Source: a virus (lineage: Duplodnaviria; Caudoviricetes). Taken from it: 57,283 nucleotides of DNA. Below, piece by piece: positions 1 through 8,769 of this stretch. The translations under genes and the position numbers were made by a program. The stretch lies in the IMG/VR virus record IMGVR_UViG_3300025132_000044, positions 1 through 57,283 of that record; one strand, 5' to 3'. A model generated the notes under the pieces. The model did no database searches and had not been told where the DNA came from. It was given only the letters and a program-made list of their open reading frames with translations. Each line of letters opens with the position of its first letter. Position 1 is the first letter of the stretch.

Positions 1-1
1 G

Positions 2-145
2 AAGAAAGTTACAGAAATGTATCTTGTCGAAGCAATGTCTGTTACAGAAGCAGAAGCAAAAGTAGTTAAAGATTTTGGATCTACTACATTAGAATATGAG
101 GTAAAAGCTGTCTCATCAAGTAAAATCATTAAAATTATAGACTAA
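2..145 (+). CDS. DUF4494-like protein, 5' truncated by window edge
   Basis: Manual translation of frame 2: KKVTEMYLVEAMSVTEAEAKVVKDF...IIKIID*; the KKVTExYLVxAxSxTEAEA motif matches my recollection of Bacteroidota DUF4494. Confidence 0.7.
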   Translation, partial: KKVTEMYLVEAMSVTEAEAKVVKDFGSTTLEYEVKAVSSSKIIKIID

Positions 146-441
146 TGTATACTCAAGGAGAAACAGTAATTGTTACAGAATTTATCGACAAAAAAGCAAA
201 TGAAGTAAAACATTCAGTAGGTGTTATTATGAAATCATTTGTTCATAAAAAACAAATCTTTTATGATGTGCTATTAGAAAGAAGAACAGGATTATCCTTT
301 CTGAATACATCAAAGACTTCAAAATTAGCATATATTAACAGAGATCTTACTACTAAATTAATAGATTCTGATAGTATAGAATGTACTATACCATTCAAGC
401 AAATGTTAGAAATGGAAGAACTTCCTATAATGATTGCATAA
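145..441 (+). CDS. hypothetical protein
   Basis: 98-aa ORF with TAATG coupling on both sides. Confidence 0.7.
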   Translation: MYTQGETVIVTEFIDKKANEVKHSVGVIMKSFVHKKQIFYDVLLERRTGLSFLNTSKTSKLAYINRDLTTKLIDSDSIECTIPFKQMLEMEELPIMIA

Positions 442-743
442 TGGCTAGACCAAAATTACCAGAAATAGACAAATTAAAAAAACGAGTCAGGAAAAGATAT
501 CCTGGCTCTTATTGTGTTCAAAATTCTATAGGAGAATATTATATAGAATGGCAATCAGAAAATTTAAATGATACATTCTTAATGGAAAATAGTTCTTCAG
601 AAATAGAAGCGTGGAGACAAGCTACTATAACAGCTAAACACGAACAACATATCAATAGAACACATCCTTTAAAAGCATTAATGTCGCAAGAACAAAAAAA
701 TCAAAATAAAGAACGTATAACTAGAAGAATAAGAAAACTATGA
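441..743 (+). CDS. hypothetical protein (start likely ATG 441, MARPKLPE...)
   Basis: In-frame ATG overlaps the previous stop (TAATG), which is more plausible than the 381 start. Confidence 0.7.
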   Translation: MARPKLPEIDKLKKRVRKRYPGSYCVQNSIGEYYIEWQSENLNDTFLMENSSSEIEAWRQATITAKHEQHINRTHPLKALMSQEQKNQNKERITRRIRKL

Positions 744-1135
744 CACCTAAAACAATTAATCAATCCTGGGCAATACCAGAAAAATTTATTGAAAGATATG
801 GAAAAACATGGGCAGAAATTGATTTTGAAATAAATCCAAAATTATCTAACTACATGTTTAGAAATGATCCATTAAACACAACGGTTGGAACATTATTAAT
901 ATGTGGTAAAAGAATTTCATTAAAATATAAACAATTGATAAATTCTACTACGGTAATGGATCAATATAATGCAGATATATTTTTTAACAAGCCTAATAAA
1001 GATGAAACAATTGCAGTAAATATTTTTAATAATACATTATATTTAAAGAAACATGAAGTAACAAAATTATCAGAAACTATTTCAGATTCTTGTGACACAA
1101 TTATGAAATCTTATAAGTTAGGTCTATATTTATAA
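740..1135 (+). CDS. hypothetical protein
   Basis: 131-aa ORF with ATGA overlap. Confidence 0.7.
   Translation: MTPKTINQSWAIPEKFIERYGKTWAEIDFEINPKLSNYMFRNDPLNTTVGTLLICGKRISLKYKQLINSTTVMDQYNADIFFNKPNKDETIAVNIFNNTLYLKKHEVTKLSETISDSCDTIMKSYKLGLYL
1126..1134 (+). promoter_or_regulatory. late-promoter motif ATATTTATA
   Basis: Directly upstream of ATG 1145. Confidence 0.55.
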
Positions 1136-1144
1136 TAAAGAAAA

Positions 1145-1309
1145 ATGAATAAATATAAATACTTTTTTAAATCTGATACATCAAAAGAATCTATAGGAAA
1201 TGTTACTGCTAAAGATTTAAACGAAGCTTATATTAAAGCATCATATATTAAAAAATTAGCTCCAATGCATTTTAAAGAATTATTTGATGTCGAACAAATT
1301 AATGTATAA
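1145..1309 (+). CDS. small hypothetical protein (54 aa, absent from ORF track)
   Basis: MNKYKYFFKSDTSKESIGNVTAKDLNEAYIKASYIKKLAPMHFKELFDVEQINV*; fills the gap and follows an ATATTTATA motif. Confidence 0.65.
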   Translation: MNKYKYFFKSDTSKESIGNVTAKDLNEAYIKASYIKKLAPMHFKELFDVEQINV

Positions 1310-1757
1310 TACACTTGAAAATATAACTATTAGATTACCAGAATTAAATTATTTTCAACAGTTATTATATAAAGATAAAATATCATATTTTTTAGAATTA
1401 TTCGAAACTACAATACATTCAACAAATTTTTCTAGCACAACATTACAAGAAGGATTACAAGACTTTTTTAACGAAATATCAGAAGATGAATATGATGAAA
1501 TGCCATTTTTTGAAAGTTATGATATCAATGCTGGAAATAATACTAATCGTGTAGATATTCTTGTTGATAGAGAAAATTTAGTAGTTGAATCTAATAGTTT
1601 AAAAGCAGTACGAAGTATTCGAGATAAATTTTTAGATAATGGATATTTATTAATGCGTGATAAGATTGATGAAAAATTATTTCGCAATGGAAAAATAACA
1701 AAATACCTTAGGGTATATAAAATCATAGGTAGGGCATCCCACTTATGTTATAATTGA
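1302..1757 (+). CDS. hypothetical protein (start likely ATG 1302)
   Basis: ORF track 1284..1757; in-frame ATG at 1302 overlaps the end of the 54-aa ORF. Confidence 0.65.
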   Translation: MYNTLENITIRLPELNYFQQLLYKDKISYFLELFETTIHSTNFSSTTLQEGLQDFFNEISEDEYDEMPFFESYDINAGNNTNRVDILVDRENLVVESNSLKAVRSIRDKFLDNGYLLMRDKIDEKLFRNGKITKYLRVYKIIGRASHLCYN

Positions 1758-1828
1758 GATACGGTAGGTCTCAAAAATTAAATTAATAACGGTTAGCTAA
1801 TGCAACCATAAAACACAGGAGGTTTAAA

Positions 1829-2242
1829 ATGACACATTTTAAAGAAACATTATTACTCAATGATTTCGATTTAGTTTGGAAAAACTTTTTCGATCAAACA
1901 TCTAAATTTTTACCGGTAACATCAAATAAAATGAATTATCCAGTTGATATATTTACAACGGATACTGGAATACAGTTTGAAATTGCTGCAGTAGGTTTAG
2001 AAAAATCTGATATTGAAATATTAACAGAAGGAGAAACGTTAAGAGTTCGATATAACAAAGACAAAGAAGAAAAACGTGAATTTATTCACAAAGGAATCGC
2101 AAAAAGAGCTTTTGATTTTGCTTGGAAAATATCTAAAGAATTAGATTTAACTAAAGCAGGAGCAAAAATGGAAAAAGGATTGTTAGCAATTGATATTCCA
2201 TATGCTAAAGATAGAGCGCCAAAGCGTTTAACAATAAAATAA
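1829..2242 (+). CDS. hsp20: small heat shock protein Hsp20 (alpha-crystallin domain)
   Basis: YPVDI...FEIAAVGLEKSDIEI...FIHKGIAKRAF...AKMEKGLLAIDIP...PKRLTIK; strong SD CAGGAGG at 1816-1822. Confidence 0.93.
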   Translation: MTHFKETLLLNDFDLVWKNFFDQTSKFLPVTSNKMNYPVDIFTTDTGIQFEIAAVGLEKSDIEILTEGETLRVRYNKDKEEKREFIHKGIAKRAFDFAWKISKELDLTKAGAKMEKGLLAIDIPYAKDRAPKRLTIK

Positions 2243-2247
2243 GTTAT

Positions 2248-2451
2248 ATGAGACCTACCAACTCATTATGTTTTCTACCAACTATAGAATTTCAAAATAA
2301 AAGATTTAATGTTCGTAGATTAGTTAAAGAAGATCCAGATGAAAATATTGAATTTTGGAAATCATTAATTGATCATGATATTGTATTACGTAAAGATGGT
2401 TATTTATGGTTTTTAATTGAAATTTCAGATGCAGAAATTATTGAAGAATGA
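2248..2451 (+). CDS. hypothetical protein
   Basis: 67-aa ORF with ATGA overlap to the next gene. Confidence 0.6.
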   Translation: MRPTNSLCFLPTIEFQNKRFNVRRLVKEDPDENIEFWKSLIDHDIVLRKDGYLWFLIEISDAEIIEE

Positions 2452-2948
2452 AAAAGAAAAAATTACCTAAATATGTTCAAGATATATTTAAAAAACAACA
2501 ATTTAAAATTGGAGACACTGTTAAGTGGGAATTCTTAGGTGAATCTGGATGGGGTATTGTTAAAAAAATATTAAAAGCAAATGATAAAATTACTTACATG
2601 GTTAAAACAGGCAAGTATACGTATCCTTGCGGTATTCAAATCAAAGAATACTCGAGCTACTATGCCGGATCAATCGACTATGAGACTTCAAAAAATAGAT
2701 CAAATAATGTCAAAGCCGGAGTTTCAACAACTAAAACACGAACTAGTAATAAAGCAAGGAAACGACTTTCTGGATCTGATAGCAACCCAATATCAAATAC
2801 AAGATCTAACAGTAGGTCAAAGAATGATACTAGGAATGGCCATGGACAACACATTAAAACAGATTCAAGAAGCACAACAACAATTAAAACAACAGAATTA
2901 GATAATGAATTTGAAAAACAGAAAAATTTTCTGCGCAGATTTACATAG
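2448..2948 (+). CDS. hypothetical protein with N-terminal SH3/KOW-like beta domain and S/T/R/N-rich tail
   Basis: FKIGDTVKW...GIVKKI...YMVK pattern; low-complexity C-terminal half. Confidence 0.6.
   Translation: MKKKKLPKYVQDIFKKQQFKIGDTVKWEFLGESGWGIVKKILKANDKITYMVKTGKYTYPCGIQIKEYSSYYAGSIDYETSKNRSNNVKAGVSTTKTRTSNKARKRLSGSDSNPISNTRSNSRSKNDTRNGHGQHIKTDSRSTTTIKTTELDNEFEKQKNFLRRFT
2707..2901 (+). CDS. possible overprinted helical protein nested in 2448..2948
   Basis: Alternative frame open 2581..2901; MSKPEFQQLKHELV... is non-repetitive and amphipathic. Confidence 0.35.
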   Translation: MSKPEFQQLKHELVIKQGNDFLDLIATQYQIQDLTVGQRMILGMAMDNTLKQIQEAQQQLKQQN

Positions 2949-2952
2949 TCTA

Positions 2953-2960
2953 ATATTTAT
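2953..2960 (+). promoter_or_regulatory. late-promoter motif ATATTTAT
   Basis: Intergenic, upstream of ATG 2976. Confidence 0.65.
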
Positions 2961-2975
2961 TAAAAAAGGAAAATT

Positions 2976-3131
2976 ATGGATAAAATAAAAAACATAGTTA
3001 ATTCATCATGGTTTAAAGCAGCTGCTATAGGCGGTATAGGTCTTTTACTATTATTAGATAAAAATATATTTTACTCTGGTATTGCATTTGGTATTGCAGT
3101 AAGAGAGTTTTTATTAGTATTTAAAAAATAA
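2976..3131 (+). CDS. small membrane protein (51 aa, absent from ORF track)
   Basis: MDKIKNIVNSSWFKAAAIGGIGLLLLLDKNIFYSGIAFGIAVREFLLVFKK*; preceded by ATATTTAT and an AAAGGA SD. Confidence 0.7.
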   Translation: MDKIKNIVNSSWFKAAAIGGIGLLLLLDKNIFYSGIAFGIAVREFLLVFKK

Positions 3132-3150
3132 AAACAAGAAAGGTTATAAA

Positions 3151-3333
3151 ATGTCATCAAGATTTACAAAAAAAGAACAAGTTTTAGATTTAGTAGTCGA
3201 CTCTGCAGATATAGTTCGATCATTAGGTAGAAGTATTGAAAAGGGTAAAGTAGATCCAGCATCTGCATTAAATAATTTAGCATCAGCTTTAAGAAAGTTA
3301 GAAACTGCTACTGAGCATTTAAGAAAATCATGA
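3151..3333 (+). CDS. small helical hypothetical protein
   Basis: 60-aa ORF, AAGGT upstream, ATGA overlap with the next gene. Confidence 0.65.
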   Translation: MSSRFTKKEQVLDLVVDSADIVRSLGRSIEKGKVDPASALNNLASALRKLETATEHLRKS

Positions 3334-4283
3334 AAAAAATATTTCCGTACATTGTACTAGTAGCAGCGTTATCGTTAGCTTCATCAGCTGCATATTATAG
3401 TGTCTACGGAATTAGTAAATTATTTTCAGCTGCAGCAATATCAGTTGCTATAATGGCAGGAACATTAGAAGCGTCAAAACTTATTGCTGCAACTTATCTT
3501 CATAGATATTGGAAAAAAATAAATTTTTTATTTAAATTATACTTAACATCAGCTGTATTAATTTTAATGATAATAACATCTATAGGAATATATGGATTTT
3601 TAACAGCTGCATATCAAACTACGGCTAATGAATTATTCGTAATAAATAAACAATCAGCTGTAATAGAAATGAAAAAATCTAGATATACAGAACAATTAGA
3701 TGGATATATATCAGAAAAAAATCAATTAGCTAATTCTATTACAGAATTAACAAAGGGTCTTTCAAATAATAAAGTACAATGGAAAGATAAAGAAACCGGC
3801 CAAATTATCACATCAACTTCAAGTAGAACAAGGAAAGTATTACAAACTCAATTAAATGATTTTAAAATTCAAAGAAATAATGTTTCAATTAAAATTGAAT
3901 CATTAACAGATTCAATAACAAAACTAGATCTACAAGTTTTAGATTTACAGTCTAATTCAGAAGTAGCTAATGAAATAGGTCCATTAAAATATGTATCAGA
4001 ATTATTAAATCGTCCTATGAATCAAGTAGTAAATTGGTTTATATTAATTTTTATATTTGTGTTTGATCCGTTAGCAGTAGTATTATTAATTGCTGCAAAT
4101 AAAGCTTTTGATATTTTAACTCCAGATACAAAAGAAAATATATATGGAGAAAAAATAATTATCGATGATGAAGAAGCAGAAAGAAGAATGGATATTATAG
4201 GCCAAAATGGTAATGAAGGATTACATTACGAGGATGAATCTCCACCATCTCCCCCACCAGGAAGAACAATAATAAAATCATGA
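3330..4283 (+). CDS. multi-pass membrane protein with central coiled coil
   Basis: Three N-terminal hydrophobic helices, coiled coil, EIGPLKY motif, C-terminal TM FIFVFDPLAVVLLIA. Confidence 0.8.
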   Translation: MKKIFPYIVLVAALSLASSAAYYSVYGISKLFSAAAISVAIMAGTLEASKLIAATYLHRYWKKINFLFKLYLTSAVLILMIITSIGIYGFLTAAYQTTANELFVINKQSAVIEMKKSRYTEQLDGYISEKNQLANSITELTKGLSNNKVQWKDKETGQIITSTSSRTRKVLQTQLNDFKIQRNNVSIKIESLTDSITKLDLQVLDLQSNSEVANEIGPLKYVSELLNRPMNQVVNWFILIFIFVFDPLAVVLLIAANKAFDILTPDTKENIYGEKIIIDDEEAERRMDIIGQNGNEGLHYEDESPPSPPPGRTIIKS

Positions 4284-4426
4284 AAAAAGAAAAATCAACA
4301 AAAAAGTTACAATGTAGATGTAAAGACTGTACTAATATAGTAGAAGTTGCAAAAACATCTTTATCAGTAGTATGTTCTTTTTGCACATTTAAAATGGCAG
4401 AAGGCATATTGGAATATTCCAAATAA
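4280..4426 (+). CDS. small zinc-ribbon protein (48 aa, absent from ORF track)
   Basis: MKKEKSTKKLQCRCKDCTNIVEVAKTSLSVVCSFCTFKMAEGILEYSK*; two CxxC motifs; ATGA overlap. Confidence 0.65.
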   Translation: MKKEKSTKKLQCRCKDCTNIVEVAKTSLSVVCSFCTFKMAEGILEYSK

Positions 4427-4437
4427 TTTATTATAAT
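4409..4437 (+). promoter_or_regulatory. sigma70-like promoter TTGGAA-N17-TATAAT
   Basis: Upstream of the HD gene. Confidence 0.6.
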
Positions 4438-4449
4438 AAATAAAAAGTT

Positions 4450-5226
4450 ATGTTAGAAGCTGAAAAAATTAAATCCAATTGGGATGAATATAGAAAAAGA
4501 GTTAATACATTATTTCCAGATAGAGCGGATAAATTAAATAAACTATATGATGAATACGAAGAAAGAATAGTTATGATGCCAGCATCGTCAGTTGCACATT
4601 ATCATAATGCATTTGCTGGAGGATATATAGATCATGTACTTAGAGTAATGGACTGTGTAGAAAAATTATATGATTCTTGGAAAAGTATGGGATCTGATAT
4701 GTCTGGATATTCTAAAGAAGAAATGATGTTTGCTGCTATGCATCACGATTTAGGAAAATGCGGATTTCCAGGTAAAGGAAGAGAAGTATATCAAGTAGAA
4801 ACATCTGATTGGCATAGAAAAAATATGGGAAGAATGTATAAACATAATCAAAATATTCCTTTCACAATGGTGCCAGATTTATCTATTTATTTGCTACAAA
4901 AATATGATATAAAATTATCTTGGAATGAATATCAAGCTATAAGAATACACGACGGTATATATGATGATGCAAATAAACCATATTTTATTGCTAGATCAGC
5001 ACAAGCTAAATTAAAAAATAATTTACCATTAATATTACATCACGCAGATCATATGGCATCTCAAATTGAATATGAAAGATGGAGAAATAAAGAAAATAAT
5101 TCTGCTAAACCTGTTAATGTTAAATCAAAAGCTACTAAAAAGTCAGCTATAAAAAATTTAGCAGAACAAAATCCAGACATCGATAAATCAATTACAGATA
5201 TATTTAAAACATTTAATGCATCATGA
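4450..5226 (+). CDS. HD-domain phosphohydrolase (YhaM-like HD domain)
   Basis: PASS..HYHNAFAGGYIDH...HHDLGK...IHDG...HHADHMAS. Confidence 0.85.
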   Translation: MLEAEKIKSNWDEYRKRVNTLFPDRADKLNKLYDEYEERIVMMPASSVAHYHNAFAGGYIDHVLRVMDCVEKLYDSWKSMGSDMSGYSKEEMMFAAMHHDLGKCGFPGKGREVYQVETSDWHRKNMGRMYKHNQNIPFTMVPDLSIYLLQKYDIKLSWNEYQAIRIHDGIYDDANKPYFIARSAQAKLKNNLPLILHHADHMASQIEYERWRNKENNSAKPVNVKSKATKKSAIKNLAEQNPDIDKSITDIFKTFNAS

Positions 5227-5516
5227 TTGAAATTATATTATTAATATTATTATCAGGAACATTATCTTATTTTGTTTATAGAGCGTATATATTAGCTGGT
5301 ACAGTTGCTGATCAAGAAGAATATATTCAAGAATTAGAAGATATGTCTCAATACATGTATGATCAAATTGAAGAATCATATAATCAAATGAAAAGAATTG
5401 ATCATAAAGGATCTTTTGCAGAAGATGATGAAGCAGGTACTACATTTACATTATTAAAAGACGTAGTAATAAATTTAGAAAAGGAATTTAATGCCGAGAC
5501 GGAAGAAAAAAAGTAA
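5223..5516 (+). CDS. membrane-anchored hypothetical protein
   Basis: N-terminal TM helix and acidic coiled coil. Confidence 0.7.
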   Translation: MIEIILLILLSGTLSYFVYRAYILAGTVADQEEYIQELEDMSQYMYDQIEESYNQMKRIDHKGSFAEDDEAGTTFTLLKDVVINLEKEFNAETEEKK

Positions 5517-6192
5517 TAGATATTGGACAAAAGTAACAGAATATGCTGTTGCATCATATAACCGATGTAACGATAAACAAATTCTTAAAGAACGAATATA
5601 TCGTAGATTTATATTTCCAGCTTTTATTAAATTAACAGAAAACTTAATTAATAAAATGAAACCAGAATATATAGATTCTTCATTTACAGATTTACAAAAC
5701 GATTTAGTTACGTATTTAACTATGAGATTGGATAAATTTAATCCAAATGCTGGTAAAGCATATTCATATTATACTAGAACTGCGTTTAATTATTTAATAG
5801 CTGAAAATCAAAAAGGATATTCTAAATTAAAAAAGACTACAGAACCAATAAATATCGACGAACAACGTAATGTTCAAATAGAAATACATAATAATGAAAT
5901 GAAGGACACATTACGACACTTCATGGATGCATATGTACAATATTGTTATGATAATTTAAATTTTATTTTTACAAACGAATCAGATATACATGTTGCTGAT
6001 TCAATATTGCATATATTTGAAAATCGTCAAAATATAGAACAATATAATAAAAAAGCATTATATGTATTCATCAGAGAGCGTACAGGATTACAAACTAATA
6101 ATATTACAAGGGTAATTAAAGTCTTAAAAAAATTATACGTAGAAAAGTTTGAAGAATATGAACGTACAGAATACGTGAATTTACCCTTTTGA
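5491..6192 (+). CDS. phage sigma factor, T4 gp55-like late transcription factor
   Basis: Sigma region-2-like segment DLQNDLVTYLTMRLDKFNPNAGKAYSYYTRTAFNYLI; sits at the head of the structural region. Confidence 0.75.
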   Translation: MPRRKKKSNRYWTKVTEYAVASYNRCNDKQILKERIYRRFIFPAFIKLTENLINKMKPEYIDSSFTDLQNDLVTYLTMRLDKFNPNAGKAYSYYTRTAFNYLIAENQKGYSKLKKTTEPINIDEQRNVQIEIHNNEMKDTLRHFMDAYVQYCYDNLNFIFTNESDIHVADSILHIFENRQNIEQYNKKALYVFIRERTGLQTNNITRVIKVLKKLYVEKFEEYERTEYVNLPF

Positions 6193-6199
6193 TATTTAT
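6192..6199 (+). promoter_or_regulatory. late-promoter motif ATATTTAT
   Basis: Upstream of ATG 6217. Confidence 0.7.
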
Positions 6200-6216
6200 T
6201 ATTAAAAGGATCCGTT

Positions 6217-6651
6217 ATGGATATTAAAGATCATTTATTTAAAGGTACTAGTTTTTCTGATTTAATGTCAGACGTCTATCATAATTCAAAAAAGAAAGAT
6301 AGACAAATAAATCAGTTAATATCACAATTACAACCACTTATACGAACAGCGTCTGATGCTACTATAATTGTTCCTTTAATTAAAGAATATTTAGATGTTG
6401 CTGTTAAAAATGATGATCATTTAGTTAAATTAACTGCTATTACACAACGATATATATCTACTACTCAAACTATAAGTGGCGAATCTTCTTTATTAAGTGA
6501 TGAAGAAAAAAAACAATTATTAGATATGGCATCTAAAGATTTTGAAGAAGAATTAACAGAAGAAATTGAAAAACTAGATAATGAAGAAAAAGAATTACAA
6601 GAAAAAATTTCAAACGTAAAAGAATCATTGGAGAAAAATAATGATAACTGA
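6217..6651 (+). CDS. coiled-coil hypothetical protein
   Basis: 144-aa helical ORF following a late motif. Confidence 0.75.
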   Translation: MDIKDHLFKGTSFSDLMSDVYHNSKKKDRQINQLISQLQPLIRTASDATIIVPLIKEYLDVAVKNDDHLVKLTAITQRYISTTQTISGESSLLSDEEKKQLLDMASKDFEEELTEEIEKLDNEEKELQEKISNVKESLEKNNDN

Positions 6652-7717
6652 AAATTCAGTAGAATTTGAGTTAGCTGAAGTATTAGAAACGTATATTAAA
6701 ACATACCAATGGATTCCAACAGATGCTTCACAAAAAATTGACAAATCAACAACAGATGATTTATTTAGTATACGAGTTAGAACATATAATGAAGAAGAAG
6801 GTCGGCCTTTTTTAGCAAGACCTTGTAATTCTAATATTAAACAAATTCCATTAGTTGGGGAACACGTTTTAGTTTTTAGAGCAATTAATCAAGAATCTAC
6901 AACTGATAAAAGAAGAGGCCAATGGTATTATTTTCCTGCCATATCAATACAATCTGCAGTTAATAATAATTCACTTCCTGGTATTGCTAGAAATAGAGGT
7001 AATGATGTTAATGAAGTTCCACAAAATATTGCAGAAAAACCATTAGGCGAAACATTTGAAGAACAAGTTGTATCACCACTACAACCATATGAAGGAGATA
7101 TTTTAATTGAAGGTAGATTTGGTAACAGTATACGATTGGGAAGTACAATACAATTAAATTCATCTGCAACTATAGATGATATAGATAAAAGATATACACT
7201 ATCACCGAGTTGGAATGGTAATTTAAATTCAGATCCAATTATTATATTGTCAAATGGACAAATAAATAAAAAAAATAAAGAATTTGTAGTTGAATCGTTT
7301 GATACAGATCAAGCTTCTTTATATTTAACTTCAACACAACAAGTTTCTGACGCTGGTATTAATTTAGAATTAAATAAACATACTTCTATATCTGAATTTA
7401 ATACTTCTCAATTAATTGGATCTGCAAATAGAATTGTATTATCTGCTAAAACAGATTCTATTATATTAAATGGATCTAAAAGAATATCATTAATTTCAAG
7501 AGAAGGTACTAGATTAGGTAAAGATGATGCTAGTAATCCTATAGTAAAAGGAAAAGAATTAAAAGAAATTTTAGCAGATTTAATAAATGTTATATTATCA
7601 GGTGTAGTATATGAACCAGCTGGAATAATATCTACACCTTTACAAAAGCAAAAATTATTAGATATACGAGCTAAACTAAATAATATAAACAGTAAAAATC
7701 ATTTTTTAGATACATAA
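6641..7717 (+). CDS. baseplate hub/spike protein (gp5/gpV-like OB fold plus beta-helix)
   Basis: IPLVGEHVLV OB-fold motif, LQPYEGDILIEGRFGNSIRLG, beta-strand repeats, PIVKGKEL; upstream of the gp25-like gene. Confidence 0.6.
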   Translation: MITENSVEFELAEVLETYIKTYQWIPTDASQKIDKSTTDDLFSIRVRTYNEEEGRPFLARPCNSNIKQIPLVGEHVLVFRAINQESTTDKRRGQWYYFPAISIQSAVNNNSLPGIARNRGNDVNEVPQNIAEKPLGETFEEQVVSPLQPYEGDILIEGRFGNSIRLGSTIQLNSSATIDDIDKRYTLSPSWNGNLNSDPIIILSNGQINKKNKEFVVESFDTDQASLYLTSTQQVSDAGINLELNKHTSISEFNTSQLIGSANRIVLSAKTDSIILNGSKRISLISREGTRLGKDDASNPIVKGKELKEILADLINVILSGVVYEPAGIISTPLQKQKLLDIRAKLNNINSKNHFLDT

Positions 7718-7718
7718 T

Positions 7719-8738
7719 ATGTTAACACCACCATTAAATAAAATACCAATTATACCAAATCAATTAACGGGTATATTAGACAAACAAATTACAAAATATT
7801 TAGATCAAATATTATTACAAGTAACAACAGCTGTTTCTGAAGCAATTGCATTACCAGATGATATTAAATGTGATGATCCTAGAATAGACGCACTTAGAAA
7901 AAGAATTGAAGCTGTTAACGAATTAATTCAAAAATTACAAGAAATTATACCAATTATTGATAAGATAACAGGTGGACTAAATACTATTATTGGAATAGCA
8001 AATTCAATAAAAGCATTACAGTTATTAAATCCAGTAACAGCTCCATTAGTATTAATACCTGAATTAATATTAGCCCAAAATTTAACTATAGCAAACGCAA
8101 ATACAGCTGTTAAAGAATTAATAACTACTCTAGCACCTAAAATAAATGCTAGTTTACAAGACGCAGTTGCTAGTTTAGTTCCTGTAGCTAATATTATAAG
8201 TCAAACATGTAATGAAGATGCGTCTTCATTATCAGGTACTCAAAATTTACAAAATGCAATTAATGATTTAGATTATGGAGATACTATACCAGGATATCCA
8301 GGAGGCAGATGGATATTAATATCTGGATCAGGCGTTCAGGGATCACCAACTAGTGTTCCTCCAAATCCTAGTAGTCCATTTAACGATGGCGATGGAACAT
8401 GGTTATATTCGGGTATAGGATATGATAATCCGAATGGTATTAGCTGGGGATCAGAACAAAGTAGAAACGAAGATGCTACAATTGGTACTGAATTTTATAC
8501 TGAACAAAATGTTTCAATTGATGATATGAAACAACAACTAGCATCAATAACACAATTAGTATCATCACAACAAGATTTATTAACATCGTTACAAGAAGCA
8601 CCTGCTCAATCATTTAATGGAACAACCCCTCCAACTAATGATTTAGGTAAAATTGGAGACTATTATGTCGACACTGCTAATAAAAAAATATACGGACCTA
8701 AAATAAATACTGGCTGGCCAACGCCCGTAAATTATTAA
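7719..8738 (+). CDS. virion structural protein
   Basis: Helical N-terminus; C-terminal PPTNDLGKIGDYYVDT...YGPK..W motif common in phage fibre/structural proteins. Confidence 0.6.
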   Translation: MLTPPLNKIPIIPNQLTGILDKQITKYLDQILLQVTTAVSEAIALPDDIKCDDPRIDALRKRIEAVNELIQKLQEIIPIIDKITGGLNTIIGIANSIKALQLLNPVTAPLVLIPELILAQNLTIANANTAVKELITTLAPKINASLQDAVASLVPVANIISQTCNEDASSLSGTQNLQNAINDLDYGDTIPGYPGGRWILISGSGVQGSPTSVPPNPSSPFNDGDGTWLYSGIGYDNPNGISWGSEQSRNEDATIGTEFYTEQNVSIDDMKQQLASITQLVSSQQDLLTSLQEAPAQSFNGTTPPTNDLGKIGDYYVDTANKKIYGPKINTGWPTPVNY

Positions 8739-8743
8739 TGTTA

Positions 8744-8752
8744 ATATTTATA
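8744..8752 (+). promoter_or_regulatory. late-promoter motif ATATTTATA
   Basis: Upstream of ATG 8770. Confidence 0.7.
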
Positions 8753-8769
8753 AAAAAAGAAGAAAAATT

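Noticed and set aside
6217-6651. Terminase small subunit call
   Set aside because: Size and coiled coil are compatible, but there is no recognisable motif and it is far from TerL; left as hypothetical
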